Assembly: GCF_902713615.1 (NCBI RefSeq)
Contig: NC_052158.1
Coordinates: 38,555,729 to 38,619,728, forward strand
DNA length: 64,000 nucleotides
Reading direction: 5' to 3'
Source of the DNA: Scyliorhinus canicula
Lineage: Eukaryota
Shown here: positions 24,639-36,444 of the stretch, one piece after another
How the letters are laid out: every line of letters begins with the position of its first letter
Position numbering within the stretch: position 1 is the first letter of the stretch
Notes under the pieces: model-generated
The model's database searches: none
What the model was told of the DNA's origin: nothing
Seen by the model: the letters and a program-made list of their open reading frames with translations, nothing else
Program-made: the position numbers and the translations under genes

Positions 24639-25055
24639 GAATCCAGGAGGAGAGGGAGGCGGACGTTCTGGCATTTGCTTCCCTGGTAGCCCGGAGGCGG
24701 ATATTGTTGGCATGGAGGGACTCAAAGCCCCCTGAAATTGGAGACCTGGCTTTCGGACATGGCAGGCTTCCTCTGCCTGGAGAAAATTAAGTTTGCCATG
24801 AGAGGGTCTCTGCTGGGGTTCGCCCGGAGGTGGCAACCATTCGCCGACTACCTCGCAGAGATCTAATCGTCAGCAGAAAAAGGGGGAGGGAGGGGGTTGG
24901 GTTAACATAGGTTAGGGGGTAAGTAATGACAAGACCTGTGGGAGAGCGAGGCGGAATTTGCACTCTGTTTATATTTTTCTTGTTATGTATATTGATGATT
25001 TTGTTGTTGTTGAAATGCCAAAGAAATTCCTCAATAAAACATTTATTAAAAAAAA
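24639..25055 (+). mobile_element. 5'-truncated L1 inserted into CR1
   Basis: FASLVARRRILLAWRDSKPP C-terminus, AATAAA and poly(A). 13-bp TSD GAAAATTAT(G/T)GGC at 24626-24638 and 25056-25068, at a TT|GAAAA site. Confidence 0.85.
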
Positions 25056-25392
25056 GAAAATTATTGGCAGCCCCCCCTGCTGTTTCCTCCCGTGCCTCAC
25101 TAAGCAGCCCGGGATAGATTTCATCTGGTTCTCGAGATTTGCCTGCTTTTAAACCTGACAGACCACTCAGAACCTCCTCTCTATCTCTGCCAATCTCTTT
25201 AATTTTATTACAGTCTTTCTCCCTGATTTCTATCCCCACACTGTTCCTCTCACGAGTGAACACTGACACCAAGTATTCATTTAAAACCCTACCTAGAACC
25301 TCTGGTTTCTCTTGCAAATTACCACTGTGGTCCTTAATGTGCCCGGCTCTTTTCTCGAGTTATCCCTCTACCCCTAATGCAATTGTAACGTA

Positions 25393-25572
25393 GGGGCTGC
25401 TTTAGCACAGTGGGCTGAACAGCTGGCTTGTAAAGCAGAACAAATCCTGTAGTGTGGGCTCAATTCCCATACCAGCCTCCCTGAACAGGCACTGGAATGT
25501 GGCGACTAGGGGCTTTTCACAGTAACTTCATTGGGAGCCTACTTGTGACAATAAGCAATTTTCATTTCATTT
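25393..25572 (+). mobile_element. Family A SINE
   Basis: GGGGCTGCTTTAGCACAGTGGGC head through GTGACAATAAGCAATTTTCATTTCATTT. Confidence 0.85.
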
Positions 25573-26326
25573 ACTTTTTTGCTCTCCTAATTACCTTTTT
25601 AATTCCCTTCTTGCATAGTCTTTTGACCTCTCAGGCATCTGCTGTTTTGAGTCTCAATATCTGCTGTCAGCTTTCCTTTTTCTCCTTAGCCAACGCTGTA
25701 TATCCCTCAATATCCAGGGTTCACGAGACTTTTTTGGTTCCACCCTTTTTGTGATTGGAGCATGTTGCCCTGTACTCTCTCCATTTCTTTCTTGAATGCG
25801 TCCCACTACTCTGTCACGTATTTACGTAAATGTGTCCACTCCCAGTCCACTCTGGCCAAACCATCTTGTTAAAATTGGTCTTTCCCCAGTTTCGAACTTT
25901 GATCTCACGCTCATCGTTGTCCTTTTCCATAACAATCTTGAATCTAATGGAGTTATGATCACTGTCTGCAAAATGTTCGATCACTGATACTTCAAACACT
26001 TGCCTGGCTTTGTTACCGAACATTAACTCCAGGACAGCCCCCTCTCTTTTAAGACCCTCTCCATACTCCTCAATGCATTGTTAAAATTCTACTCCCTCTA
26101 AAACTTTTACACTATGGCTACCCCAGTTAATATTGGGGAAGTTTAAATCCCCCATTATCCTTACCCTATTACTTTTACACTTCTCTGAAATTTGCCTACA
26201 TATCTGCTCTTCTATTTCTCTCAGACTGTCAGGAGGCCTATATAACACTCCCCGCAATGTGATTGCTCCTTTTTGGTTTTTAAGTTCTACCCATATGGCC
26301 TCAGTTGAACAGCCTTCTAAGATGTT

Positions 26327-26672
26327 GGGCAGCACGGTAGCATGGTGGTTAGCATAAATGCTTCACAGCTCCAGGGTCCCAGGTTCAATTCCCGGCTGGG
26401 TCACTGTCTGTGCGGAGTCTGCACGTCCACCCCGTGTGTGCGTGGGTTTCCTCCGGGTGCTCCGGTTTCCTCCCACAGTCCAAAGATGTGCGGGTTAGGT
26501 GGATTGGCCATGCTAAATTGCCCGTAGTGTCCTAATAAAGTAAGGTTAAGGGGGGGTTATTGGGTTATTGGGTTACGGGTATAGGGTGGTTACGTGGGTT
26601 TGAGTAAGGTGATCATGGCTCGGCACAACATCGAGGGCCGAAGGGCCTGTTCTGTGCTGTACTGTTCTATGT
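26327..26672 (+). mobile_element. Young HE1-like V-SINE splitting the CR1 endonuclease
   Basis: Near-identical to the copies at 33777-34125 and 58015-58333. Removal restores the R-R-A-D-I-L-E-G frame. Confidence 0.9.
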
Positions 26673-26954
26673 CGGCCCTCCTTACTGCTGTAATTGATTC
26701 CCTGATCAAACATGCAACATCCCCTCCTCTTTTACCTCCTTCCCTATCGTGCCTGATGATCCTATGTCCTGGAATATTGAACTGCCACTCCTGCCCCTGT
26801 CTCAACCATGTCTCAGTAACAGCAGTGGCATCATATCCCCATGTTTTAATTTATGCCCCCATTTCATCTGCCTTGTTCATCAGACTTCTTACATTAAAAT
26901 AAATACCATCCAATCTTGGCAAACTCCTGGTGACTTAACTGGTCTCGACAGTTT

Positions 26955-27680
26955 TGGAATTAGTTTTGGAATTGATACAGGGCTATGGGGAGAGAGTGGG
27001 GCAGTGGGATTAGTTTGGGATAGATACAGGGCTATGGGGAGAGAGTGGGGCAGTGGGATTAGTTTGGGATTGGTACAGGGCTATGGGGAGAGAGTGGGGC
27101 AATGGGATTAGTTTTGGATTGGTACAGGGCTATGGGGAGAGAGTGGTGCAGTGGGATTAGTTTGGGATAGATACAGGGCTATGGGGAGAGAGTGGGGCAG
27201 TGGAATTAGTTTGGGATTGGTACAGGGCTATGGGGAGAGAGTGGGGCAGTGGGATTAGTTTTGGATTGGTACAGGGATATGGGGAGAGAGTGGGGCAGTG
27301 GGATTAGTTTTGGATTGGTACAGGGCTATGGGGAGAGAGTGGGGCAGTGGGATTAGTTTGGGATTGGTACAGAGCTATGGGGAGAGAGTGGGGCAGTGGG
27401 ATTAGTTTGGGATTGGTACAGGGCTATGGGGAGAGAGTGGGGCAGTGGGATTAGTTTTGGATTGGTACAGGGCTATGGGGAGAGTGTGGGGCAGTGGGAT
27501 TAGTTTTGGATTGGTACAGGGCTGTGAGGAGAGAGTGGGGCAGTGGGATTAGTTTTGGATTGGTACAGGGCTATGGGGAGAGAGTGGGGCAGTGGGATTA
27601 GTTTTGGATTGGTACAGGGCTATGGGGAGAGAGTGGGGCAGTGGGATTAGTTTTGGATTTGTATAGGACTTTGGGGAGAA
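26955..27680 (+). repeat. 49-bp G-rich minisatellite array 2 (~15 homogeneous units)
   Basis: Exact 49-nt period (e.g. 27001 vs 27050); same unit as array 1. Confidence 0.95.
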
Positions 27681-27689
27681 TGTGATTCC

Positions 27690-27855
27690 ATCTAACTTAC
27701 ACCTTTTTGGGACTGTGGGAGAAAGCTGGAGCACCTGGAGGAAACTCACGTAGACATGGGGAGAAGATGCAAATTCCACACAGTCGCTCAAGGCCGAAAT
27801 TGAACCCAGGTCCCTGGATCTGTGAGGCAGCAGTGCTAACCACTGTGTCTCCATG
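27690..27855 (-). mobile_element. V-SINE 5' part
   Basis: Reverse-strand tRNA head and partial V-domain. Confidence 0.65.
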
Positions 27856-28029
27856 CCGACCATTGATACAGAGTTCTGGGGAGAGAATGGGGCGGTGGGA
27901 TTGCTTTGGAGGTATGTCCTTCAGCCGGAAGGAATTCCAGACCAAATTGCCTCCCTCTCTCCAGATGTTAATCCACAACAACCAGTAAATCCAAGCACCT
28001 CAGTGCCACTGTGTTTACATGAATGGACA

Positions 28030-28138
28030 TTCCGAGAAATAAATATTTTGCCGGACACTTTTACCTGATGGCAGTGCTCCTTGAAGAGGACAAATTTGGA
28101 AGTGAGCCTCGTAATAAATTGAAAAATGAAACTGAAAT
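28030..28138 (+). promoter_or_regulatory. Candidate interferon-responsive proximal promoter (GAS-like and ISRE/IRF-E)
   Basis: TTCCGAGAA (TTCN3GAA) at 28030-28038. GAAAAATGAAACTGAAA (three GAAA cores) at 28121-28137, ~36 nt before the ATG. Confidence 0.55.
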
Positions 28139-28173
28139 TAAATTGAGTGACAGAATAAGGTGCAGCTACTGAG

Positions 28174-28581
28174 ATGGCTGCCTGTGAAGTGGCGTTATCC
28201 CTGAGTGAGGATTTAACCTGCTCCGTCTGCCTGTCTCTGTTTGTGGAGCCGGTGCGGCTGGTATGTGATCATAACTTCTGTAAATCCTGTATCCAGAAGT
28301 GTTGGGAAAAGCAGAGTCAGGCTGTGTCCTGCCCGGAATGTCGGTTGGTTCTGCTCCAAGGAAGTTTCACCAGTAACAGGGTGTTGGCCAATCTCTGTGA
28401 AAAAGCCAGGCAGCTGGAGCTGAAACTGGAGGCAGATTGGTCTCTGTGTGAGGAACACCGGGAGAAGCTGATCCTGTTCTGCGAGGAGGATGAGATGCTG
28501 ATCTGTGCCAGTTGTGTCGGTTCTCCCCCACACTCAGCCCACAGGTATCAACCTCCAGAAATGGCCGCTGACATATACAAG
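28174..28581 (+). CDS. TRIM E3 ligase (class IV; TRIM35/TRIM69/A33/NF7-like), coding exon 1: RING + B-box2
   Basis: ATG at 28174. C3HC4 RING (CSVC..CDH.FCKSC..CPEC) and B-box2 (CEEH..C..D..C..C..H..H). Ends AAG|GTATGA; 408 nt, phase 0. Confidence 0.95.
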
Positions 28582-30741
28582 GTATGAGGACATAGTGAGT
28601 TACCCGCCTCCACTCTTCATTGTTGTTCACTGGTCAGAATATGAACAGTTTGAAATTAATGGACAAATTGTTGCTCAGTCCTCTGGTTTGTTCACTTTCA
28701 ACACTGTCATTTCAACAGTGAGGCATCAGGGAGTGAGGAGTCTGCCTGAATTCTGTACACTAATCTGTAAATATGTCAGCACTGCTGTCTAATTCAGTTT
28801 CATTTCCCTGTTTCCTCTGGCACACAGGCTGTGTTTACACAACTGCTGTGTAGGCTGAGCTGCCAATTCCGAGTGAATGTTTTTCTTAAGACCACAAGCT
28901 ACCGCCATTGGTTGCCTGACATGTCCATCCTCATGAGTACGATTTTTCCTGCCAATAGGAAAACGGACAGACTCATTATCTAATTGGATGTTTATTGACT
29001 CTCAGTTAAACAGATTATTTCCCCATTGATGATATGTTTACAACCAGAAAAACAAATGTGTTCAAAGGGAATAGAAGGAAAACTCATAATGTTTGTAAAT
29101 GATGTTTTTTCTCCGAGTTGTTCGCAGCAGAGTCCTGGAGATTAATCTCCAGTTCCTGGAAACCCCAGGACATAATGCGAAGGTTGGTAACTCTAGCTGT
29201 GGCACAACACAGGCTTTAGAAATTTTCCTTCATTGCCCACTGTGGGCAGAATCGAATACCTTTCTCCCAGGGTGAGTTTGGTGGCAGTGGGCGTCTAAAC
29301 AGGGGGGTGGCAGCCTGGCAGGTGGGGACCCTGCCATCTTGCCCCAAGTGAGTCTGTGGTGGGCAGGCCCTGCCGTAAATTGAGACCATTAAAGTGAGAA
29401 ACAAATGCAGAGCATGCAAAGCAAATCATTGTGAGGTTATTTGCAAGGTCTCAGTGGGGGTTCCTCATTCACTCAGTACCTGATTGAGGGACCCAGCACT
29501 CGGGTGCAGTGGCCTGCTGAGAGCTAATGCTGGCCCATGTGGCCAATCCTGTACCCACAGTCCCCCCTCCCATCATGCATCTGAGCACGGATGATCCTGG
29601 TGTGTGAATTACTTGTGGCAGCCACTGTCTTCCCAGTGGCGCCGCTGAGCAACGTAATGCACAGCTGCTGGTTGCTGATTGGTTGTCAGCTCTCGGAAGG
29701 CAAGACATCAACGAATTAGACTAAAGGAAACAAAATCAGGGACAAATTAAAAGGGGCCGCTCCTGATAGGGGTACTACCCAAACAAAACAAAGATCAACG
29801 GACACTTGTCAAACATCAAATCAAGGTGTGGTTAAGAGGGTCAATAAATTTCTCCACCCCTGGAAGGGGTAACTGGGCACAGAACCAGGTCTCCTTGATC
29901 CTGGTAAAGGACCACCACTGTAACGTTTGATTTGAAATCCCGAAAAGAGGAGACACAAGGCTCCCACCTGCTCACTAACCAATGACGAGGACCTCAACCG
30001 TCTCCATTAAATACCAGATTACTCAGGAGTGAGAGCGCGGGGATGAGTTGCTGAGTTGGGACAGCTTTGTTGTCGGTGAAGCAACTCTACTTTCAGCAAC
30101 CTTTTGGCCATGTTTGATGGAAGCAGTAATCCGGCCTCAGACCGCATTTCCTTAGAACACGTCCATTGAACTACAGCAGCAAAAAAAACTTCCTTCTCAC
30201 ACCTTTTATCAGGCCTCTAATCTGATCCTAAGCCTGTCCTGCCCAACAGTCTGGAGTCTCCACTGCTACTTCAGAGTTTGCAACCACAATACATACGCTG
30301 CCTCTCTGTCAGGTGGATCATGGCTTGAGAGTCCCGTCTGTTTTGTCATGTAGCTTTAAGTAAGTTTATTTAATTACACACTGAATATCTACCATTATTG
30401 TGATTAAATATTGACTTTAACTGAAGGTGTCCATTTTTGGGGAGCAGGAAGGTACAATTCCACAATGACAGGAAGCTAGGAGGCGCCAAAGATCCTTGAC
30501 CAGATTCCCGACACCGCAAATTTGAAATTGCAGGCAGAATGAAGATGGACACATATTGCACCTGTTTCAGCTGAACAAAATAAGTGATAAGCATTTGCTG
30601 GTTCATTCCTCAGGGCAATGCCTTGACCAATCAGAATTCAGCTGCCTGGTTTAAATTTTAACTAATATACTGCAGTTAACAGACAGTCACCATCAACTGG
30701 TGCATTCTGGATAGCAACACCACTACCAATCAGAGTCAATT

Positions 30742-31072
30742 CATAGAATTTACAGTGCAGAAGGAGGCCATTCAGCCCATCGAGGCTGCACCGGCTATTG
30801 GACAGAGCACCCTACCCAAGGTCCACACCTCCACCATATCCCCATAACCCAGTAACCCCACCCAACACTAAGGAGGGCAATTTAGCATGGCCAATCCACC
30901 TAACCTGCACATCTTTGGACTGTGGGAGGAAACTGGAGCACCTGGAGGAAACCCACGCACACAAGGGGAGAATGTGCAGACTCCACACAGACAGTGACCC
31001 AAGCCGGGAATCGAACCTGGGACCCTGGAGCTGTGAAGCAATTGCGCTATCCACAACGCTACCGTGCTGCCC
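30742..31072 (-). mobile_element. HE1-like V-SINE with CR1-type tail
   Basis: Full consensus on the reverse strand. Confidence 0.85.
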
Positions 31073-31458
31073 AATCCATTGCCCAGTCCATTGGCAACCG
31101 ATCATCACTCTCTTCTCAAAAAGTATAAATTTGTTGTTCTCCCTTACATTGTATTCTTGGGAATTGCCGTGATGAGAGCAAGATGGAAAGCCAAACTCAA
31201 ATTTAAAATTCTCAACCACATGTTCAAACCCCTTCGTACACTCATCCCCTCCGCTATATCTGCAATTGTTCCTGGCCCCACAACCATCAGAAACAACAAT
31301 TGTATTTATGGAGTACCTTTCTTCCAATAAAACATCTCAAGGAACATCATAGGATCATTATTTAGCCAGGAATGACACTGAGCTGCATAAGCAAGATGAT
31401 TAAAAACTCCGTCAGAGAGAGAGGTTTTAAGAAATGTCTTAGAAGAGAAAAGTGAGCT

Positions 31459-31684
31459 AGGGCAGCACGGTGGCCTAGTGGTTAGCACAACCGCCTCACG
31501 GCGCCGAGGTCCCAGGTTCGATCCCGGCTCTGGGTCACTGTCCGTGTGGAGTTTGCACGTTCTCCCCGTGTCTGCGTGGGTTTTGCCCCCACAACCCCAA
31601 AATGTGCAGAGTAGGTGGATTGGCCACGCTAAATTGCCCCTTAATTGGAAAAAATAATTGGGTAATCTAAATTTATTAAAAAAA
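31459..31684 (+). mobile_element. Poly(A)-type V-SINE with 18-bp TSD
   Basis: TSD AGAAGAGAAAAGTGAGCT at 31441-31458 and 31685-31702; target TT|AGAAG. Confidence 0.92.
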
Positions 31685-32074
31685 AGAAGAGAAAAGTGAG
31701 CTGGGGAGGTGAACCGGTTTTGAGGGTGAATTTCCAGAGCTGTAGGGCCCATGCAACTAAAGGGTACGGCTACAGTATGAAAACGTGGAGCATTTGATGC
31801 TCGCAAGAGCGGGATGGAGGAGTGTAGATATCTCGGAGGGTTGTGGAACTGGAGGGGATTACAGAGATAGGGAGGGGGCAAGGTGATGGAAGAATTTGAA
31901 AACAAATGTGAGAATTTTAAATGACAGGAACCAATGTTGGGTAGTGATCAAGGGAGGCGGGCAATTAGGTGAATGGTACTTTACGTGAGTAAAAGAGGAG
32001 GAAGAGTTTTGGCTGACTTCCAGTTTACAGAAAGTAGATTGTGAGTGAACCAATCAGGAGAGTGTAGAAATCAG

Positions 32075-32352
32075 GGCAGCACAGTGGTGCAGTGAGTTAG
32101 CCCTGGTGCGTCATGGTGCCAAGGACCCAGGTTCAATCCCAGCTCTGGGTCACTGTCTGTGTGGTGTTTGCACAGTCTCCCCAAGTTTGCGCGGGTTTCA
32201 CCCCCACAATCCAAAGATGGGCAGGGGAGGTGCTTTGGCCACGCTGATAGGAAGAAAATTAATTGGGAGAATGTGCAAACTCCACGCGGACAGTGACCCA
32301 GAGCTGGGATCGAACCTGGGACCTCGGCTAACCACTGCACCACCGTGCTGCC
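32075..32352. mobile_element. Two V-SINE 5' halves joined in opposite orientation
   Basis: GGGCAGCACAGTGG head at 32075 and a reverse-complement head ending CACCGTGCTGCCCC at ~32352. Confidence 0.65.
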
Positions 32353-32479
32353 CCCTGGTTCCTATTTTTTAATGCCCTTAGTTTCTTAACTATTAATGTT
32401 GCAAATTGCACATTTTAATCATTCTGAGTAAATTTGCTCCAGGATTTATGAATGACTGCCTTATGTTGGTGACAATTTG

Positions 32480-33075
32480 TTATTAATTGATTGATTGATT
32501 GTCACATGGACCTTTCTGCGGCCAAGGGAACGTACGCAGTACGTACATTGTGGACAAAAAGAATAATCAACAAAGTACATCGACAAGTAAGTAATTGGTT
32601 ACAGTGCAGAACAAGGGCCAAACAAAGCAAATGCATGAGGAAGAGCAGCATGAGGTGATGTGAATAGTGTTCTTACAATGACCAGATCAGTCCGAGGGGG
32701 AGTTGTTGAGGAGTCTAGTCGCTGTGGGGAAGAAGCTGTTCCAATGCCTGGATGTGCGGGTCTTCAGACTTCTGTATCTTTGCCTGATGGAAGGGAAGAG
32801 GGCAAAGCCTGAATGTGAGGGGTCTCTGACGATTCTGTCTGCCTTCCTGAGGCAGCGGAAGGTGTAGACAGAATCAAGGGGAGGGTGGTGAGCTTGTGTG
32901 ATGCGTTGGGCTGAGTTCACCACACTGCAGTTTCTTGCGATCTTGGGCCGAGCAGTTGCCATGCCAAGCTGAGATGCAGTCAGATAAGATGCTCTCTATG
33001 GCACATCTGTAGAGGATTGTGAGAGTCAATGCAGACATGCCAAACTACTTGAGCTTCCGTAGGAAGTAGAGACAT
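32480..33075 (-). mobile_element. Rex1-type LINE 3' fragment (older)
   Basis: Minus-strand translation VVNSAQRITQ..LDSVYTFRCL..RQRYRSLKTRT.RH.NSFFP.ATRLLN. Confidence 0.75.
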
Positions 33076-33091
33076 TGTTGGGTTTGTTAAA

Positions 33092-33437
33092 GGGCAGCAC
33101 GGTAGCATTGTGGATAGCACAACCGCTTCACAGCTCCAGGGTCCCAGGTTCGATTCCGGCTTGGGTCACTGTCTGCGCGGAGTCTGCACATCCTCCCCGT
33201 GTGTGCGTGGGTTTCCTCCGGGTGCTCCAGTTTCCTCCCACAGTCCAAAGATGTGCAGGTTAGGTGGATTGGCCATGATAAATTGCCCTTAGTGTCCAAA
33301 ATTGCCCTTAGCGTTGGGTGGGGTTACTGGGTTATGGGGATAGGGTGGAGGTGTTAACCTTGGGTAGGGTGCTCTTTCCAGGAGCCGGTGCAGACTCGAT
33401 GGGCTGAATGGCCTCCTTCTGCACTGTAAATTCTATG
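33092..33437 (+). mobile_element. HE1-like V-SINE
   Basis: Full consensus with GTAAATTCTATG tail. Confidence 0.85.
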
Positions 33438-33776
33438 AAAGTGGCCTCACAGGTTGAAACATCTTCCCCTGACAATTGCCTTATAAAATCTATTCATATA
33501 TTCTACACACCATAACCTGTTGTTAGTTTGAAGCTGTCCCTGGTCTGATTCAATACTTTTCACTCTGCCTTTTATAAACTGCTCGTGTCCACATGTTAAC
33601 ATTCCCCGAACACCTCCCCTTACAGTTAGATTTACATTTATGGTCATGTGTACCAAGGTACAATGAAAAGTATTGTTCTGTGTACAGTCCAGACATCGTT
33701 CCATGCATGAAAAACATAAGAACTACGATGAATACACAATGTAAATACATAGACATCAGGTGAAATATGCAGATTA

Positions 33777-34145
33777 TAGAACATAGAACATAGAACAGTA
33801 CAGCACAGAACAGGCCCTTCGGCCCTCGATGTTGTGCCGAGCCATGATCACCCTACTCAAACCCACGTAACCATCCTATACCCGTAACCCAATAACCCCC
33901 CCTTAACCTTACTTTATTAGGACACTACGGGCAATTTAGCATGGCCAATCCACCTAACCCGCACATCTTTGGACTGTGGGAGGAAACCGGAGCACCCGGA
34001 GGAAACCCACGCACACACGGGGAGGACGTGCAGACCCCGCACAGACAGTGACCCAGCCGGGAATCGAACCTGGGACCCTGGAGCTGTGAAGCATTTATGC
34101 TAACCACCATGCTACCGTGCTGCCCTCCATGCTACCGTGCTGCCC
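33777..34145 (-). mobile_element. Young HE1-like V-SINE with duplicated 5' end
   Basis: (AGAACAT)n tail; CCATGCTACCGTGCTGCCC is present twice at the head. Confidence 0.85.
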
Positions 34146-34386
34146 AGTGTTATAGTGTTACAACAGTAGAGAAGATGCACAGAGAGATCAGTTCAATCCA
34201 TTAGAGTGTCATTCAGGGGTCTGGTGACAACAGGACAAAGCTTTTTGTGCGCGTTCTCAGAATTTTGTATCTTCTACCCGATGGAAGAGTTTGGAAGAGA
34301 GAATAACCCTGATGGGAGGGGTCTTTGATTATTCAGTTTGTGCAGACATTACAATGAATCTTGCTGAGATCTAAATCCTTTTCTAG

Positions 34387-34482
34387 GACCATCTGAAATT
34401 ATCCTTGGATTCCATGGAGACTGAAAAGAAAAATCAAAGTGAATTAAAACAGCAGCAGGAATGGGAGATTTCAGAACTGGAG
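34387..34482 (+). CDS. TRIM exon 2 (coiled coil, 96 nt)
   Basis: ttttctag|GAC..GAG|gtgagg. Open frame DHLKLSLDSMETEKKNQSELKQQQEWEISELE. 96 nt is the typical TRIM exon size; phase 0/0. Confidence 0.92.
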
Positions 34483-34562
34483 GTGAGGATGACTTCAGTT
34501 CCCTTTAAACACAGAAACCCTTTAACAACCCGCTGTTTAAATGATCTCTCTCACTGTCACAG

Positions 34563-34796
34563 GAACTCACTGGATCCCTGGGGAAAGACATCTCCGCACA
34601 ATTTGCTAAAATCCATCAATATCTTGAAGACAAAGAGAAACATTTAATCAAAGAGCTGAGGACACAAAAGGAGGAAGATCTGCGGCCAATGGAAGAGAAT
34701 TTGAGAAGAATTGAAGATGAACTGGCGTCACTTGAGGAGAAGATATCAAATCTTTCTGTAGACATCAAGCAGCAAGACTGTATTGCTTTTCTCAAG
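34563..34796 (+). CDS. TRIM exon 3 (coiled coil, 234 nt)
   Basis: tgtcacag|GAA..AAG|gtgatt. Open frame ELTGSLGKDISAQFAKIHQYLEDKEKHLIKEL..DCIAFLK. Preceded by an 80-nt intron. Confidence 0.92.
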
Positions 34797-35350
34797 GTGA
34801 TTCGTTGTAACTCAATCCCAAGTTGTTGCCGTGGTTGTAAACAATGTTTTATAACAGGGCTCAAACTCAATCTCAACAATGCACAATACACAGTATGACT
34901 GAGGACTAACAGGTATCACTCAGGATTGAGATCGGAGTGTCAGAGAGATTGTCCAACAGTGCCAACAACTCACACTGGCTGCAGTGTAACTGGAACCAAA
35001 ATGGAAGGAAAGAGATACACTGCTTCTTAAACAATCTTCTTTCGCCCTTCTTCTTGGTCTCCTAGTATCTCCAGCAATGGAGCTCATGGATTTGTTTGTC
35101 ACTAAGACTGAGGACATCTGATCAGTTGCCTCTGCTACCTTTCTGCCTTCCCCTAGCCCACTAAGGTGCTCCTCCCACTGCCCTATGCCTGAATATTTGT
35201 ATTTCTTCCCTTTCTCTCCGATTTCCACTTCGGCCTCTCAAATTGCAACTTGTCAGTGAAACCCACCCTCCATACTAACCATTCTGAACTGTTGACCACC
35301 CGACTTCCCCCCCCAGACCCATGTTAGCTTATTATGTTAATGTTTCCCCT

Positions 35351-35574
35351 GGGCAGCACGGTGGCACTGGTTAGCACTGCTGCCTACGGTGCTGAGGACC
35401 CGGGTTCGAATCCCAGCCCTGGGTCACCGTCCGTGTGGAGTTTGCACATTCTCCCCGTGTTTGCGTGGGTTTCGCTCTCACAACCCAAAGCTGTGCAGGA
35501 TAGGTGGATTGGCCACGCTAAATTGCTCCTTAATTGGAAAAAATGAATTGGATACTCTAAATTTAAAAAAAAAA
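35351..35574 (+). mobile_element. Poly(A)-type V-SINE
   Basis: Head through poly(A); ATGTTAATGT occurs on both flanks. Confidence 0.85.
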
Positions 35575-36329
35575 TGTTAATGTCCATTTTTTCCGATGGT
35601 GTTCCCACTCTTCAAATCTTCCTCTTCTTCCTTGAAAATTGTTATAACCCCGATGAGGACCATCGGGAAACAATCATTGATCTTCCTGTGGGACTAATGG
35701 AATAAGTAAGGGGCGGAGGCCAACCACCTGGGGCTCATTAAGGCAGGGGATAAAAATAGGCCCAACTCAAGCTGATCACACTGATCCTCCCAGCAAGGTC
35801 TGCACTGGGAGTCAGATGCTGTACTAAGCATGTAATTGTAAATAAATTCACCTTCGTTCACAATAGTTCTCTTATAAAAATAAAAAACCTTGGCCCTCCA
35901 TCCTTGGAAAGTGTTCTATCTCCAACCTTCCTTTCTTCTCCAAACACTTTGAATGTGTTGTCACCTCCCAAATTCATCCCCATCTTTCTTGGAACTCAAT
36001 GTCTGGGTTCTTCCAATGGGTGTTTGTCTCTGCATAGTACAAGACAGCTTTTATCACAGTGACAAATGGTATCTTGTGATCCTGTAGACATGACAAAAAG
36101 TCCCTCGTCATCCTTCTTGACCTCTCTCGTCTTTCACATGGCTGACCACACCATCCTCCACCAGCGCCCTTTGAAAGGGATGGGACTGCATCTGCCTGGT
36201 TCCATTCTTATCGATCTAATCACAGCCAGCTTCACATTCTATAAAAATCATTAAATGCACATCACTAAAAATTATAAACTGAACAGCATCATATATTTAT
36301 TGAAATGTATCTGATTCTCTGTCCTGCAG

Positions 36330-36352
36330 GAACTGAAAAGATACAGAGAAAG
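36330..36352 (+). CDS. TRIM exon 4 (23-nt microexon)
   Basis: tcctgcag|GAACTGAAAAGATACAGAGAAAG|gtgagt. The 23-nt exon is characteristic of TRIM genes; ends in phase 2. Confidence 0.9.
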
Positions 36353-36444
36353 GTGAGTGTCTAATCCAAACTCTCACACAGTTTTACACTGTTTTCACAG
36401 TCTGTATCTAGCAGTGAGTGATTAAATCACTCCCATTCAAACAG

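Larger units (their letters stand above)
23944..26930 (-). mobile_element. CR1 LINE ORF2 (APE endonuclease to RT), interrupted by L1 and two SINEs
   Basis: QEWQFNIPG..GG.VA.LIRESI|LEGCSTEAIWVEL..YRPP..GDLNFP.INW; DWRVANVVPLFKK..NYRSVNLTSVVGK; DFSKAFDKVPH; VPQRSVLGPLLF..KFAND. Confidence 0.9.

Noticed and set aside
25393-25470. tRNA genes at SINE heads
   Set aside because: A and B boxes are present, but they run into SINE bodies and tails without a complete cloverleaf or acceptor stem.
26955-27680. Regularly spaced repeats as a CRISPR array (also 3050-5540)
   Set aside because: Head-to-tail units with no unique spacers, no cas genes, and a vertebrate context.
29720-30740. Possible LTR or old DNA-transposon sequence in TRIM intron 1
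   Set aside because: CCAAT and AT-rich motifs are present, but no termini or TSD could be defined.
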